From positions 848,298-912,297 of the forward strand of contig CP011213.1 in NCBI GenBank assembly GCA_001029735.1: a stretch of 64,000 nucleotides of DNA. Direction: 5' to 3'. How positions within the stretch are numbered: the stretch's first letter is position 1; each line of letters starts with the position of its first letter. This stretch comes from Berkelbacteria bacterium GW2011_GWE1_39_12. Its GTDB lineage: Bacteria > Patescibacteriota > UBA1384 > UBA12157. Below are positions 46,733 through 55,616 of this stretch, one piece after another. The notes below the pieces were generated by a model. That model ran no database searches. It had not been told where the DNA came from and saw nothing but the letters and a program-made list of their open reading frames with translations. The position numbers and the translations under genes are program-made.

Positions 46733-48049
46733 ATGGCAGAAAACTTACAAAAGCCTCGTGGCACAAAAGACATTCTCCCTGATGAACAAAAATACTGGCA
46801 GTACGTTAGCCAGGTTGTTTTTGACAAATGCGAAAGCTTCGGTTGCGGCAAAATAACTACACCGATGTTCGAGTTCGCAGAAGTTTTTACCAAGAGTTTA
46901 GGTTCAAGCTCTGACATTGTCACCAAAGAAATGTTCGAAGTTCGCCGTGCCATTAATCCTTCACTAATTGAAGAGGGAAGCGAAACAGACAAGAAAACCA
47001 TGGTTCTCCGTCCAGAATTTACAGCTGCCATTGTTCGATCATATATTGAGAACGGTATGAAGATTTGGCCTCAACCAGTCAAACTATACTACGAGGGCTC
47101 CTGCTTCCGCTACGAGCGCCCACAATCAGGCCGATACCGTCAATTCAACCAATTCGGCGTTGAAGTCTTTGGCGACATTGATCCCTTAATTGACGCATCG
47201 ATTATTTACCTTGGTTATCAAATATTAAAGAAATTAGGCTTGGCACAAAACATCACCATCGATATCAACTCTGTTGGTTGTTCGACTTGCCGACCAAAAA
47301 TGAGAAAGAAATTAACCGACTATTTTGAAAAGTTCCTACCAACCCTATGCACGGATTGCAACAAAAGATTTATTGAAAATCCATTAAGAATTTTGGATTG
47401 CAAAGAAGAAAAGTGCCAAAAGGTAGTTGAAGGGGCACCTCAATTAGTCGATATGCTTTGCACCGAATGCAAGACACACTTCAAATCAGTTTTGGAAAAC
47501 TTGGATATTATGCAGATTCCTTACAACCTCAACTCCAAGTTGGTCCGCGGTTTGGATTACTATACCAAAACCGTCTTCGAATTTTACGATAGCAACGACA
47601 CTGCTCGCCAGTCAACTCTTTTGGGCGGCGGACGATACGATAATTTGATTAAAATGTTCGGTGGCAGCGATACACCAGCCGTTGGTTTTGGTGCCGGTAT
47701 TGAACGGCTTGTTGAGAAAATGAAGGAACTGGAAGTCGAAGTGCCGGAAGGCGGACGCGCTGAGGTTTCGATCATTCAAATCGGCGACAAAGCCCGAAAA
47801 AAATGCTTGCCTCTTCTTAATGAACTTGAAGAATTAGGCATTAAAGTAACCTGTATTATGGGTAAAGATAGCCTCAAAAGCCAGCTTCGCATGGCTTCAA
47901 GAATGAAGAGTAAAGTTTCAGTCATTATTGGCCAGCGTGAAGTGTTGGATAATTCAGCCATCGTTCGCGACATGATCGACGGCGTTCAAGAAACCGTGAA
48001 AATGGACAAATTGATCGGCATTCTAAAAGGGAAATTAGACAAAATTTAA
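46733..48049 (+). CDS. hisS: Histidine-tRNA ligase
   Basis: PRGTKD, KEMF, LRPEFTA, FRYERPQ.GRYRQF.Q, LVRGLDYYT, GGGRYD. Confidence 0.97.
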   Translation: MAENLQKPRGTKDILPDEQKYWQYVSQVVFDKCESFGCGKITTPMFEFAEVFTKSLGSSSDIVTKEMFEVRRAINPSLIEEGSETDKKTMVLRPEFTAAIVRSYIENGMKIWPQPVKLYYEGSCFRYERPQSGRYRQFNQFGVEVFGDIDPLIDASIIYLGYQILKKLGLAQNITIDINSVGCSTCRPKMRKKLTDYFEKFLPTLCTDCNKRFIENPLRILDCKEEKCQKVVEGAPQLVDMLCTECKTHFKSVLENLDIMQIPYNLNSKLVRGLDYYTKTVFEFYDSNDTARQSTLLGGGRYDNLIKMFGGSDTPAVGFGAGIERLVEKMKELEVEVPEGGRAEVSIIQIGDKARKKCLPLLNELEELGIKVTCIMGKDSLKSQLRMASRMKSKVSVIIGQREVLDNSAIVRDMIDGVQETVKMDKLIGILKGKLDKI

Positions 48050-48171
48050 GTTCTATATAATACAAAAAAAGCTCCGCAACTCGGAGCTTTTTTTGGTATA
48101 GATGTATGTATGCATTGACAGTTACTTCTAAATCAGTTAATATAATATGTCTGATTACAGGAGGTGGAAAA

Positions 48172-48717
48172 ATGGATGAAATTCTAGCTAAACTCAAAAA
48201 GTTGCTTGAGGCAAAAATTAGAGTGCTCACAGCAATTCGCCGAACGAAGAGCGATACGGCAGACAAGCTTAAATCCGGATCCGACGAATTCGCAGACGAA
48301 CTGCGCCAAATTCTTCGCTGTGTTTCAGATCACGCAGAAGATTTGGTCGGAGAAAAAAGTGATATGATCACTTGGGGATGTGCCAGATGGGCAGAGGATT
48401 CCAATGATTATCGCAAACTGTATCTGACAAAAGCTGGGGACTGGAGATCCCAGACACATCCTGGCTGTCATGTGCCTTGGCATTATCTTATTGATCCCAA
48501 TGCTCCGAATCCTCGATATGAGATCAATAACTATACGTGGATCGCTGAAGCTTTCGAAGATGGACTAAAGACGCTTCTTCGGACCACGGATCTTGACGAG
48601 GCTAAAACCGAAAGCCTAAAGGCCGACGACAAACTCTCGTATTTCAAAAACCAGAGAGCTACTCTTCGCCAAGCAATCACTGACGCATACAAACAACTCA
48701 ATCAGCCATCCGACTGA
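48172..48717 (+). CDS. Orphan protein
   Basis: TTGACA-17-TAATAT promoter, AGGAGGT SD, terminator at about 48724-48753. Confidence 0.75.
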   Translation: MDEILAKLKKLLEAKIRVLTAIRRTKSDTADKLKSGSDEFADELRQILRCVSDHAEDLVGEKSDMITWGCARWAEDSNDYRKLYLTKAGDWRSQTHPGCHVPWHYLIDPNAPNPRYEINNYTWIAEAFEDGLKTLLRTTDLDEAKTESLKADDKLSYFKNQRATLRQAITDAYKQLNQPSD

Positions 48718-48774
48718 AAATATAAGCGCACGGAAACGACGATGCGCTTTTTTAAATCAAAAAAATAATACTTT

Positions 48775-49520
48775 AACCATATTCCACCTCGTAGGTGGAA
48801 TATGGTTCAGCCTGCATAATCTTCGATAATTATTTTTCTAATAATGGATAGATTTTTTTGGTAGGATTTTCGATCATTAACAAATTCTTGATACTGCTTT
48901 GGCGTGAAATCAAACAACCCATCAAAAGAACATAATTGAAGGTTTGATTGCCCTAAATATTCTTGATAGGACGAAAAGTCCCAATCTTGAGGTTTTTTAA
49001 CCAAACCAGCTGATGTTGGATTGAGATGAATATAACGACTTAAATGCAGAAGCTGCTCATCTGATTTAACTAGAACGCTTTTAAACCTACCTGCCCATAA
49101 GGGCCCGGTTCTCTTAAATTTAATATTGTGATAACGAGTATAGCAATTAAGTGTTTTCGCCATAAAATTCGAGATTCCTTTGTCGGTAATTTGCTTCAAA
49201 ATTAAATGAATATGAGTTGGCATAAGACAATAGGCAATTATCTGCACGTCTACTTGACCAGACTTCTTCATCTCATTAATTATTGCGGCTTGTAATTTTT
49301 TATCTAAGTTTAAAAATCTCGAATATTTAAAATTAAAATTATTAAAGCGATATAGATCCAAGATGTTGATTAACCGATTAAAATCTTGAGCATTGTTAAA
49401 AATGACATATTTGGCGATGCTCCGACTATAAACATGATATACCGAGCCTGACACCAATGGTTCTTTTCTGTACTGCATAATATCACTATACCATATTCCA
49501 CCTACGAGGTGGAATATGGT
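48775..49520. mobile_element. REPtron-like unit: RAYT flanked by two inverted perfect hairpins
   Basis: AACCATATTCCACCT-CGT-AGGTGGAATATGGTT (48775-48807) and ACCATATTCCACCT-ACG-AGGTGGAATATGGT (49490-49520). Confidence 0.85.
48807..49478 (-). CDS. REP-associated tyrosine transposase (RAYT, HUH Y1)
   Basis: YHVYSR, AYCLMPTHIHL (HUH), G.LW.GRF, YIHLNP..AGLV..P.DW.FSSY. Confidence 0.92.
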   Translation of the reverse strand: MQYRKEPLVSGSVYHVYSRSIAKYVIFNNAQDFNRLINILDLYRFNNFNFKYSRFLNLDKKLQAAIINEMKKSGQVDVQIIAYCLMPTHIHLILKQITDKGISNFMAKTLNCYTRYHNIKFKRTGPLWAGRFKSVLVKSDEQLLHLSRYIHLNPTSAGLVKKPQDWDFSSYQEYLGQSNLQLCSFDGLFDFTPKQYQEFVNDRKSYQKNLSIIRKIIIEDYAG

Positions 49521-49557
49521 TGTAAGATAATTATTTATGAAAATTACTTATATAAAT

Positions 49558-49621
49558 AGCAAAGAGCCCGCGGTCATATGATCTTTGATATCATTTCAGA
49601 TCGTAACCACGGGCTTGATGT
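49558..49621 (-). terminator. Hairpin family member 3 (3' of orphan 49621-49866)
   Basis: AGCAAAGAGCCCGCGGT...ACCACGGGCTTGATGT; same arms as 45092 with a longer structured loop. Confidence 0.7.
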
Positions 49622-49866
49622 CATTCTGCATAGCCGTCATATCTCATCTTAACTACCACGGCAGCATTACCGGATGTGTTACCAATGGAGGGCGGCTGTT
49701 CTATCGAAACAGTATCCAGAAGCTCTTGGCGCACATCCTCCTCAGACGCGTTAGATGATATTGCCCATTTGCACACTGAGTCGATCAGCTCTCTCTGTTC
49801 GGCGGTCATTCCTCTTGTAGAAATACCAATACCTTGCCTGATTTTCGTAAACTGACTCTGATTCAC
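49621..49866 (-). CDS. Orphan protein
   Basis: GTG start after GAGG; own promoter and terminator. Confidence 0.6.
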   Translation of the reverse strand: MNQSQFTKIRQGIGISTRGMTAEQRELIDSVCKWAISSNASEEDVRQELLDTVSIEQPPSIGNTSGNAAVVVKMRYDGYAE

Positions 49867-49943
49867 AGCGCACCCTCTTTCTTATCAACATTCGGCTGTA
49901 TAGTATTACTTTTCACCCATAAAGTCAATATATCTAATGTAAG

Positions 49944-50006
49944 TTATCCACAATTGACATTCGTTTTTTGTTCGCTTAGAGTAAATATATACAAACAAAA
50001 AGCGAA
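49944..50006 (+). promoter_or_regulatory. lexA promoter with two putative LexA boxes and a DnaA box
   Basis: TTATCCACA 49944-49952; TTGACA 49954-49959 / TAGAGT 49977-49982; TTCG-N7-TTCG 49960-49974; reverse-strand near-copy 49992-50006. Confidence 0.75.
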
Positions 50007-50057
50007 AAGGAGACCAATAGAAAAGAATACTTTTCGCGGAAATTTCAAGGAGAAATT

Positions 50058-50654
50058 ATGGAACCACTAACAAAACGCCAAAAAGAAATCTATGACTTTA
50101 TCGAACAATATATCGCATCTCACGATTACGCCCCCTCCTATCGTGAGATTGCGGAATTTTTCAATCTTTCTTCCGTCGCCACGGTGTCAGATCACATCGA
50201 GAATTTGAAGGAAAAGGATTATCTCAAAAAGGACTTTAACGAAGCCCGATCCTTGCAACTGACACCGCGTTTCGACGAGCGAACATTCACCATTCCGTTG
50301 CTCGGCGCCATTGCTGCCGGCATGCCGATCGAAGCAATTCGTACCAACGAGACGATTGATATCCCTAAAGATATGATGGGTAAAAACGTTTTTGCTCTGA
50401 AAGTAAGAGGGGACTCAATGATTGACGATGGTATTTTTGACGGCGATTATATTGTCATTGAACAAACTAACAGCCCTCATGATGGCGAAATAGTCGTCGC
50501 CTTAATCGAAAACGAAATGGCCACGCTAAAAAGATTTTACCGCGAAAAAGATTGTATTCGTTTGCAACCAGCCAATTCAAATTACAACCCAATTAGAACT
50601 AATAAAGTTACTATCCAAGGTCGGGTAAAAGGGGTCATTAGAAAGTTTAGCTAA
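50058..50654 (+). CDS. lexA: SOS repressor LexA
   Basis: LTKRQ.EI, PSYREIA, IAAG.P cleavage site, V.GDSM, ATLKR. Confidence 0.97.
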   Translation: MEPLTKRQKEIYDFIEQYIASHDYAPSYREIAEFFNLSSVATVSDHIENLKEKDYLKKDFNEARSLQLTPRFDERTFTIPLLGAIAAGMPIEAIRTNETIDIPKDMMGKNVFALKVRGDSMIDDGIFDGDYIVIEQTNSPHDGEIVVALIENEMATLKRFYREKDCIRLQPANSNYNPIRTNKVTIQGRVKGVIRKFS

Positions 50655-50672
50655 TTTCCTAAAGGAGGGAAG

Positions 50673-50837
50673 ATGCTCTTAGAAACAGTCTCTAACTTAA
50701 TTTGGACCGGAGGTATGAATTTACCCGATGTGGCTTTAATCGTCGAAGATTGCTGCGATCCGATGGTTTTAGATACTTATAAAAAGGAGGAATGTGGAAA
50801 CGAAAATTCAAGTCATTTTAATCTTGCTCATCTTTAA
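50673..50837 (+). CDS. Putative small protein (54 aa) in the lexA operon
   Basis: AAGGAGG SD; MLLETVSNLIWTGGMNLPDVALIVEDCCDP...; overlaps the next gene. Confidence 0.4.
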   Translation: MLLETVSNLIWTGGMNLPDVALIVEDCCDPMVLDTYKKEECGNENSSHFNLAHL

Positions 50838-51147
50838 TATTTTCTTTATTGTCCTTTGGCGGACGAACAAAAACCGCTACAACGATCTCGCTTTTCGCAA
50901 GCAATCTCTCTCGTCCCGCTACGGGAAAATGACCGAACAGTTTATGCCATTTTTAAAAGACTACCCATATGATCCATGTAACTTTCGTTTTCTAGGTTCG
51001 CCAATTGACGGTGTGCAATTTGAAGAGGATAAAGTCATTTTTATTGAGTTCAAAACAGCTAATTCTAAAATGAGCGACAAACAAAGAAATATCGCCGATC
51101 TCATCTACAGAAAAAAGATAGATTTTGAAGAACACCGGATTGATTGA
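50794..51147 (+). CDS. Holliday-junction-resolvase-like PD-(D/E)xK endonuclease with TM anchor
   Basis: G...EQ..PF, FRFLGSPIDGVQF, IFIEFKT..S...KQ. Confidence 0.8.
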   Translation: METKIQVILILLIFNIFFIVLWRTNKNRYNDLAFRKQSLSSRYGKMTEQFMPFLKDYPYDPCNFRFLGSPIDGVQFEEDKVIFIEFKTANSKMSDKQRNIADLIYRKKIDFEEHRID

Positions 51148-51183
51148 GGTGTTCTGTATTCCCAAGAACACCGGATTGATTGA
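51128..51183. repeat. 20-bp perfect direct repeat with 16-bp spacer
   Basis: AAGAACACCGGATTGATTGA at 51128-51147 and 51164-51183. Confidence 0.85.
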
Positions 51184-51209
51184 TATTAAAAAGGCCCGCT
51201 TAGCGAGCC

Positions 51210-51980
51210 CTATTCATTTGAGAGTGTTCTAATACGATAGACCTTTTGCGCATTGCGCAGCTGTTCTTCGTCGTTGATTCCCAGCGCTTCCTCAGGATCT
51301 TGAAGACGAAATTCCGAAACACCGCCGTTTTCCATAAAGTGATAGAGAGCTGAGTTTATGGTTTTCTCTCTCTTAGACGTGACATGGGTAATGCTCTGGA
51401 TTGCCTGCGCTAGCATTTCCCGACGGAAGATAAACATCGATGGGTTAACATCGCGGATTACTGCAGCCTCGGGTAGAGGATCTTCGGGTTCGAAGATACC
51501 AAGGATATTGCCGGCGGCATCTTTGGCAATTCGGCCGTATCGACGAGTACTGTGTTCGTCCCATTTTTCAGCACATATACTCATCATGGACATGTTCTTA
51601 CCAGAGTCAAGATGATGTTTGGCGAACTCTTTGAGTGTTGACGATCGCCACAATGCCATGTCACCGAAGAGCACCATCACATGTTCAGTATTAACATACT
51701 CCAGTGCCTGTAAAACTGCCGGTGCCGTCCCAAGCCGCCGTTCTTGAATCACCACTGTTGCGTCAGATGGCAGAAACGGCATTATCTGGCTAGCAAAGAG
51801 AGGATTAAGCACTACAACTGCTTCATGCATTCCCGCACCATAAACTGCGTTCATCAGAACCTCGATCATTGGCTCAGCTTCTCTTATTTCTGCCAATAAC
51901 TTCGATATGCCAGAATTTACAGGAATCTGACCGTAGCCGGCCGCGGTAATTATTGGAGTGACATATTTTCTAATCATCAC
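51210..51980 (-). CDS. Sugar-phosphate nucleotidyltransferase (GlmU N-domain-like, stand-alone)
   Basis: ITAAG.G, Q..RLGTA.AV, LFGD, YGRI, GIND..QL. Confidence 0.8.
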   Translation of the reverse strand: MMIRKYVTPIITAAGYGQIPVNSGISKLLAEIREAEPMIEVLMNAVYGAGMHEAVVVLNPLFASQIMPFLPSDATVVIQERRLGTAPAVLQALEYVNTEHVMVLFGDMALWRSSTLKEFAKHHLDSGKNMSMMSICAEKWDEHSTRRYGRIAKDAAGNILGIFEPEDPLPEAAVIRDVNPSMFIFRREMLAQAIQSITHVTSKREKTINSALYHFMENGGVSEFRLQDPEEALGINDEEQLRNAQKVYRIRTLSNE

Positions 51981-52100
51981 TGCCTCCTTTTTCCAATGTG
52001 CTCCCCTGATTTAATTAATTTAACCTGAAAAGCAAAATTTGTCAACCTTGAGCTGTTGCAAAGCAAGCCCTTTATCATATAATAAGAGCAAAGGAAGAGA

Positions 52101-52670
52101 ATGTCTAAACGTGCCTTCGACATATTACCGCCCATGCCTAGCAACGAGCCGCGGACCTACCACCATAGGGCAATTCACAAAGACAAGGGTAAAAAGGAAA
52201 AGAAATCCTTGCATACTTTTTTTGTGTTTGTTTTTGGTCTTTTTTTTATTTTTGTTCTATTTTCATTTGCTAAACTCAACAATTTTAATATTACTTCAAG
52301 TGGTACTAATGCAACCAAGCAAACAACTCAAAAAGACTCGAGTTTTGAATTGTTTAATAACCAGGGTCAATCCACTCTTTCGACAGAGTCCCAAAATAAA
52401 ATTATTAGTGTCAAGCTTCAGGATGGCGGCACTACGGCCAGTAATCTAGTCTTAGTGAAAGACACGCTCCTAAAAAACGGTTATGAGATTAATTCAACCG
52501 AAAAAGCCTTGATCACTACAGACAAAACAATCATTTACTATAAAAAAGGCGATATAGCCATGGCTAAGAAAGCTTTGGCCACACTAAGTACTATTCTTAC
52601 TGCCCAGATCCAAGAATCCGGTTCACTAAGCGCAGACTATGATTTATTGATATTAATTGGTAATCAGTAA
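52101..52670 (+). CDS. Membrane protein with LytR C-terminal-like domain
   Basis: TM helix; V.L.DGG...L...GY...T.IYY...D..I.IG pattern. Confidence 0.65.
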   Translation: MSKRAFDILPPMPSNEPRTYHHRAIHKDKGKKEKKSLHTFFVFVFGLFFIFVLFSFAKLNNFNITSSGTNATKQTTQKDSSFELFNNQGQSTLSTESQNKIISVKLQDGGTTASNLVLVKDTLLKNGYEINSTEKALITTDKTIIYYKKGDIAMAKKALATLSTILTAQIQESGSLSADYDLLILIGNQ

Positions 52671-52721
52671 TTTGTTCTTTTTCACAAATAATTTTTAGAT
52701 CTAAAATTGTAAGATTTAAAT

Positions 52722-53345
52722 ATGGAAAATAAAACATTTATATTCGATAATGTCGAAATAACTCACATTAACCACGCGTCATTTAGGATTAAATACGATG
52801 ATCTGGTTATTTATATTGATCCGTATCAGGTTAAAGATGAACCAGCCGACTATATTTTAATCACTCATGATCATTTTGATCATTTCGACCCTAATTCAAT
52901 CGAGTTATTAAAAACACCGCAAACCGTTTTTATTGTGCCAGAGATTATGGCCGATAAATTCACCGGCAATGTTCATTCACTACTACCAGAAGAATCGTTT
53001 GGCGACGGCAAAATCAGCGTCTATACCATACCGATGCACAATATGCACCATCCAAAACAAAAGGATTTTTTAGCCTTTATTTTAGAAGTCGACAAAAAAC
53101 GCATTTTCCATGCGGGTGATAGCGGGCCGACCGACGAGATGAAAATGCTTTTAAATATCGATGTGGCTTTAATGCCAATCGACGGCAAATACACCATGAA
53201 TGAAGCTGAAGCAGCTGATATGGTTAAAGAGTTCAAGCCAAAAGTAGTAATTCCAATGCACTACGGCGAAATTCCCGGAGGAGGCGACCCGGAGCTTTTT
53301 AGACGGTTAGTGAACGGTAATGCCCAGGTTGAGATCTTAGAATAA
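52722..53345 (+). CDS. Metallo-beta-lactamase-fold hydrolase
   Basis: HASF, IDP, THDHFDH, HAGD, IPMHYG. Confidence 0.9.
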   Translation: MENKTFIFDNVEITHINHASFRIKYDDLVIYIDPYQVKDEPADYILITHDHFDHFDPNSIELLKTPQTVFIVPEIMADKFTGNVHSLLPEESFGDGKISVYTIPMHNMHHPKQKDFLAFILEVDKKRIFHAGDSGPTDEMKMLLNIDVALMPIDGKYTMNEAEAADMVKEFKPKVVIPMHYGEIPGGGDPELFRRLVNGNAQVEILE

Positions 53346-53367
53346 TATATTAGAGCCTCTAGATATG

Positions 53368-53482
53368 AAAAATCCCGCCTCTTAAAGAGACGGGGGTAAG
53401 TTCAACATGTCAGCGTTCAGTTGACTGAACCTGTTCAACGCACTTTTTAAGGTGCAATCAGGTTCAGTCATTTTGCTGACAA
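53368..53482 (-). ncRNA. Putative ~115-nt structured ncRNA
   Basis: TTGACA(53516-53511)-17-TAATAT(53493-53488) promoter, rod hairpin 53408-53481, terminator 53368-53394, no ORF. Confidence 0.65.
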
Positions 53483-53620
53483 GATCTATATTAGCACAAA
53501 ACTCAGCATTTGTCAATAGTTTTGGTCGTTTTTATGTTTACTTCTCTTTTTATAATGTTTAAGATAGCATCAATAGACAACCGCTCCTTCACAATTTCAG
53601 TCAGAAAGCGAGGTATAAAT

Positions 53621-55576
53621 ATGGGGGCTTGTAAAATATCTGTTTTTACAATAGATAAACGTGAAAGCCGTATTTTAGATGACGCCATTAACGTTGAACG
53701 GATAGCAAACGGATGGACATTAAGAGTCGCCATAACAGATACCACCGAGGAAATCATTAAAGGCTCTGTCAACGATCAGAAAGCCGAAAGCTTAATTCGA
53801 TCTCATTATTCCTCGTCCCGAGAGTTTCACAAGCACATGTTGCCGACCACTGTTAGTGAGAAGTTAAGTATGACAGAAGGAATGATACGTTCTGCCATTG
53901 TTGTCGATGTTTTTATCGATAAAAAAGGTAAGCTGGGTAAAGCAAAAATCCATCATAGTGAAGTCGAAATCAGACGCAAATTTACTTATGATGAAGTAAA
54001 CTCGATTCTTAGCTCCAGCCATCATGAAGATCCGTATGAAGGAACATTAAGAGAATGTTTTAAGCTTGCCAAATCTCTATTGAAGTACCGCAAAGCACTC
54101 GGCGCAATCACAATCAGTGATCAGTCAGGCTGGACGACAACGGAAGACGGTTTATTGGTAAAAATTTCGCCGGATGAAGTTGAAAGTCCTTCAAAATTGA
54201 TCATCTGTGAAATCAGGGTCGTCGTTAACCAACTAGTGGCTCAGTTCTTGGCAGCAAAGAAGATCCCAGCCCTTTATCGGAATCAAGAAGTTATATCTGG
54301 AGAGACGGATCGAAAACTGATAATCAGGGCGCTGCAAAAGATGGTTTTAAGCGCAGATTGCGCCGAACAACTTGCCAGACCAAACTGGACCGACAGCAGA
54401 TTAGGCATTGCCGTCTACAGTACTGAGCCAAAAGGCCATTTCGCCCTTAATCTTCCGGCCTACATCCATATCAATTCTCCACTTAGAAAATATGCTGATA
54501 TTGTGAACCAACGAATCTTAATGGCGACGATCAAAGGTGATTTGTCACCTTATTCAAAAGAAGAATTGGAGAAGATTGCCGAACGCATTAATAAGATAGA
54601 TCAGACCCGTATTGATGCAAGAAGGCAAATTTTCCATTGTATAGCGGAAGAATCTGCGGGCGAAGCCACAATCTTAAGGTCTAAAACCACCGACTTAGCG
54701 ATAAAGCTTTGCAACGTATTGCCCGAATCCCATACTAATATCCATTCGTGGGGCAACCCAATCTGCCTTGCTAACATTCTTTTATCCGAACCACCGATTC
54801 TCAGGCGGTATAAGTTGATTTTGCTTAAAGAGATCAAGAAGACAAAAGATCTATCCAAACGGATTCTAGCCGAGTGTAACCCGAATCTTTATTTCCAATA
54901 CCAAACCAATAAAGCGGGTAAGATAGTCATAACAGCTCATACCACTTATAAAGACATGAGCTACCAGGCGTCTGGCGTTAATGACGATTTGGCAGAAGCC
55001 ATTAACCTGGCTTGTTACCATCTTCTCTATCTAGTATCTGGTGCCGGCAAAATAGAAACTGATTACATCTCTAATGATCCTGAAACATTCTTCGGTGATC
55101 CGAAAGGACGATTAGAAGCTATTTGTCTTGATCACGGCTGGCCGATTCAATACCAGCTTCTAAAAAAGAGCTGTCAAAATTTCTATTTTCAGGCTAGATT
55201 AGACATCAATGACCATGCATTTTTTTCTGAAGTGCAAGAAGATAGTTCATATGAACTATCGCAGCAAAAAGCTGCTGCAGACTTATTGCACAAGTTAAAT
55301 GACGTTATATTTTTCATGATTAACCCATCCTTCTTGGAAATAGAGGAAGAAAATTACATCGATGCTTTGAACAAACTATCAGGAAACCTCCAAGCTAAGC
55401 TACCGGTGTACGAGATCAAGCTACCGACAAAAGACTCCCCACACTTTACATGCCACATCGAGTTTCAGCCCAATGGAAAGAGGTTTAGAAATACTGGAAC
55501 TGGAAATCGTAAAATATTGGCTAAAAATGCAGCCGCCAAGGCTATTTTAGCCGAATTATTCCCTTATCAATTCTAG
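53621..55576 (+). CDS. RNB-domain (RNase II/R-like) ribonuclease with C-terminal dsRNA-binding domains
   Basis: FTID......LDDAI, H.ML, LYRNQ, GHFAL...Y.H..SPLRKYAD..NQR; dsRBD-like DPKGRLE...KAAA.LL and NYI.ALN...P.Y...F.C...AKNAAAK. Confidence 0.85.
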   Translation: MGACKISVFTIDKRESRILDDAINVERIANGWTLRVAITDTTEEIIKGSVNDQKAESLIRSHYSSSREFHKHMLPTTVSEKLSMTEGMIRSAIVVDVFIDKKGKLGKAKIHHSEVEIRRKFTYDEVNSILSSSHHEDPYEGTLRECFKLAKSLLKYRKALGAITISDQSGWTTTEDGLLVKISPDEVESPSKLIICEIRVVVNQLVAQFLAAKKIPALYRNQEVISGETDRKLIIRALQKMVLSADCAEQLARPNWTDSRLGIAVYSTEPKGHFALNLPAYIHINSPLRKYADIVNQRILMATIKGDLSPYSKEELEKIAERINKIDQTRIDARRQIFHCIAEESAGEATILRSKTTDLAIKLCNVLPESHTNIHSWGNPICLANILLSEPPILRRYKLILLKEIKKTKDLSKRILAECNPNLYFQYQTNKAGKIVITAHTTYKDMSYQASGVNDDLAEAINLACYHLLYLVSGAGKIETDYISNDPETFFGDPKGRLEAICLDHGWPIQYQLLKKSCQNFYFQARLDINDHAFFSEVQEDSSYELSQQKAAADLLHKLNDVIFFMINPSFLEIEEENYIDALNKLSGNLQAKLPVYEIKLPTKDSPHFTCHIEFQPNGKRFRNTGTGNRKILAKNAAAKAILAELFPYQF

Positions 55577-55616
55577 AGCCACCCTAACAGGTGGCCCTTT
55601 TTATTTATTAAAATTA

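Noticed and set aside
49944-49952. Replication origin
   Set aside because: Only a single DnaA box; no box cluster and no dnaA/dnaN nearby
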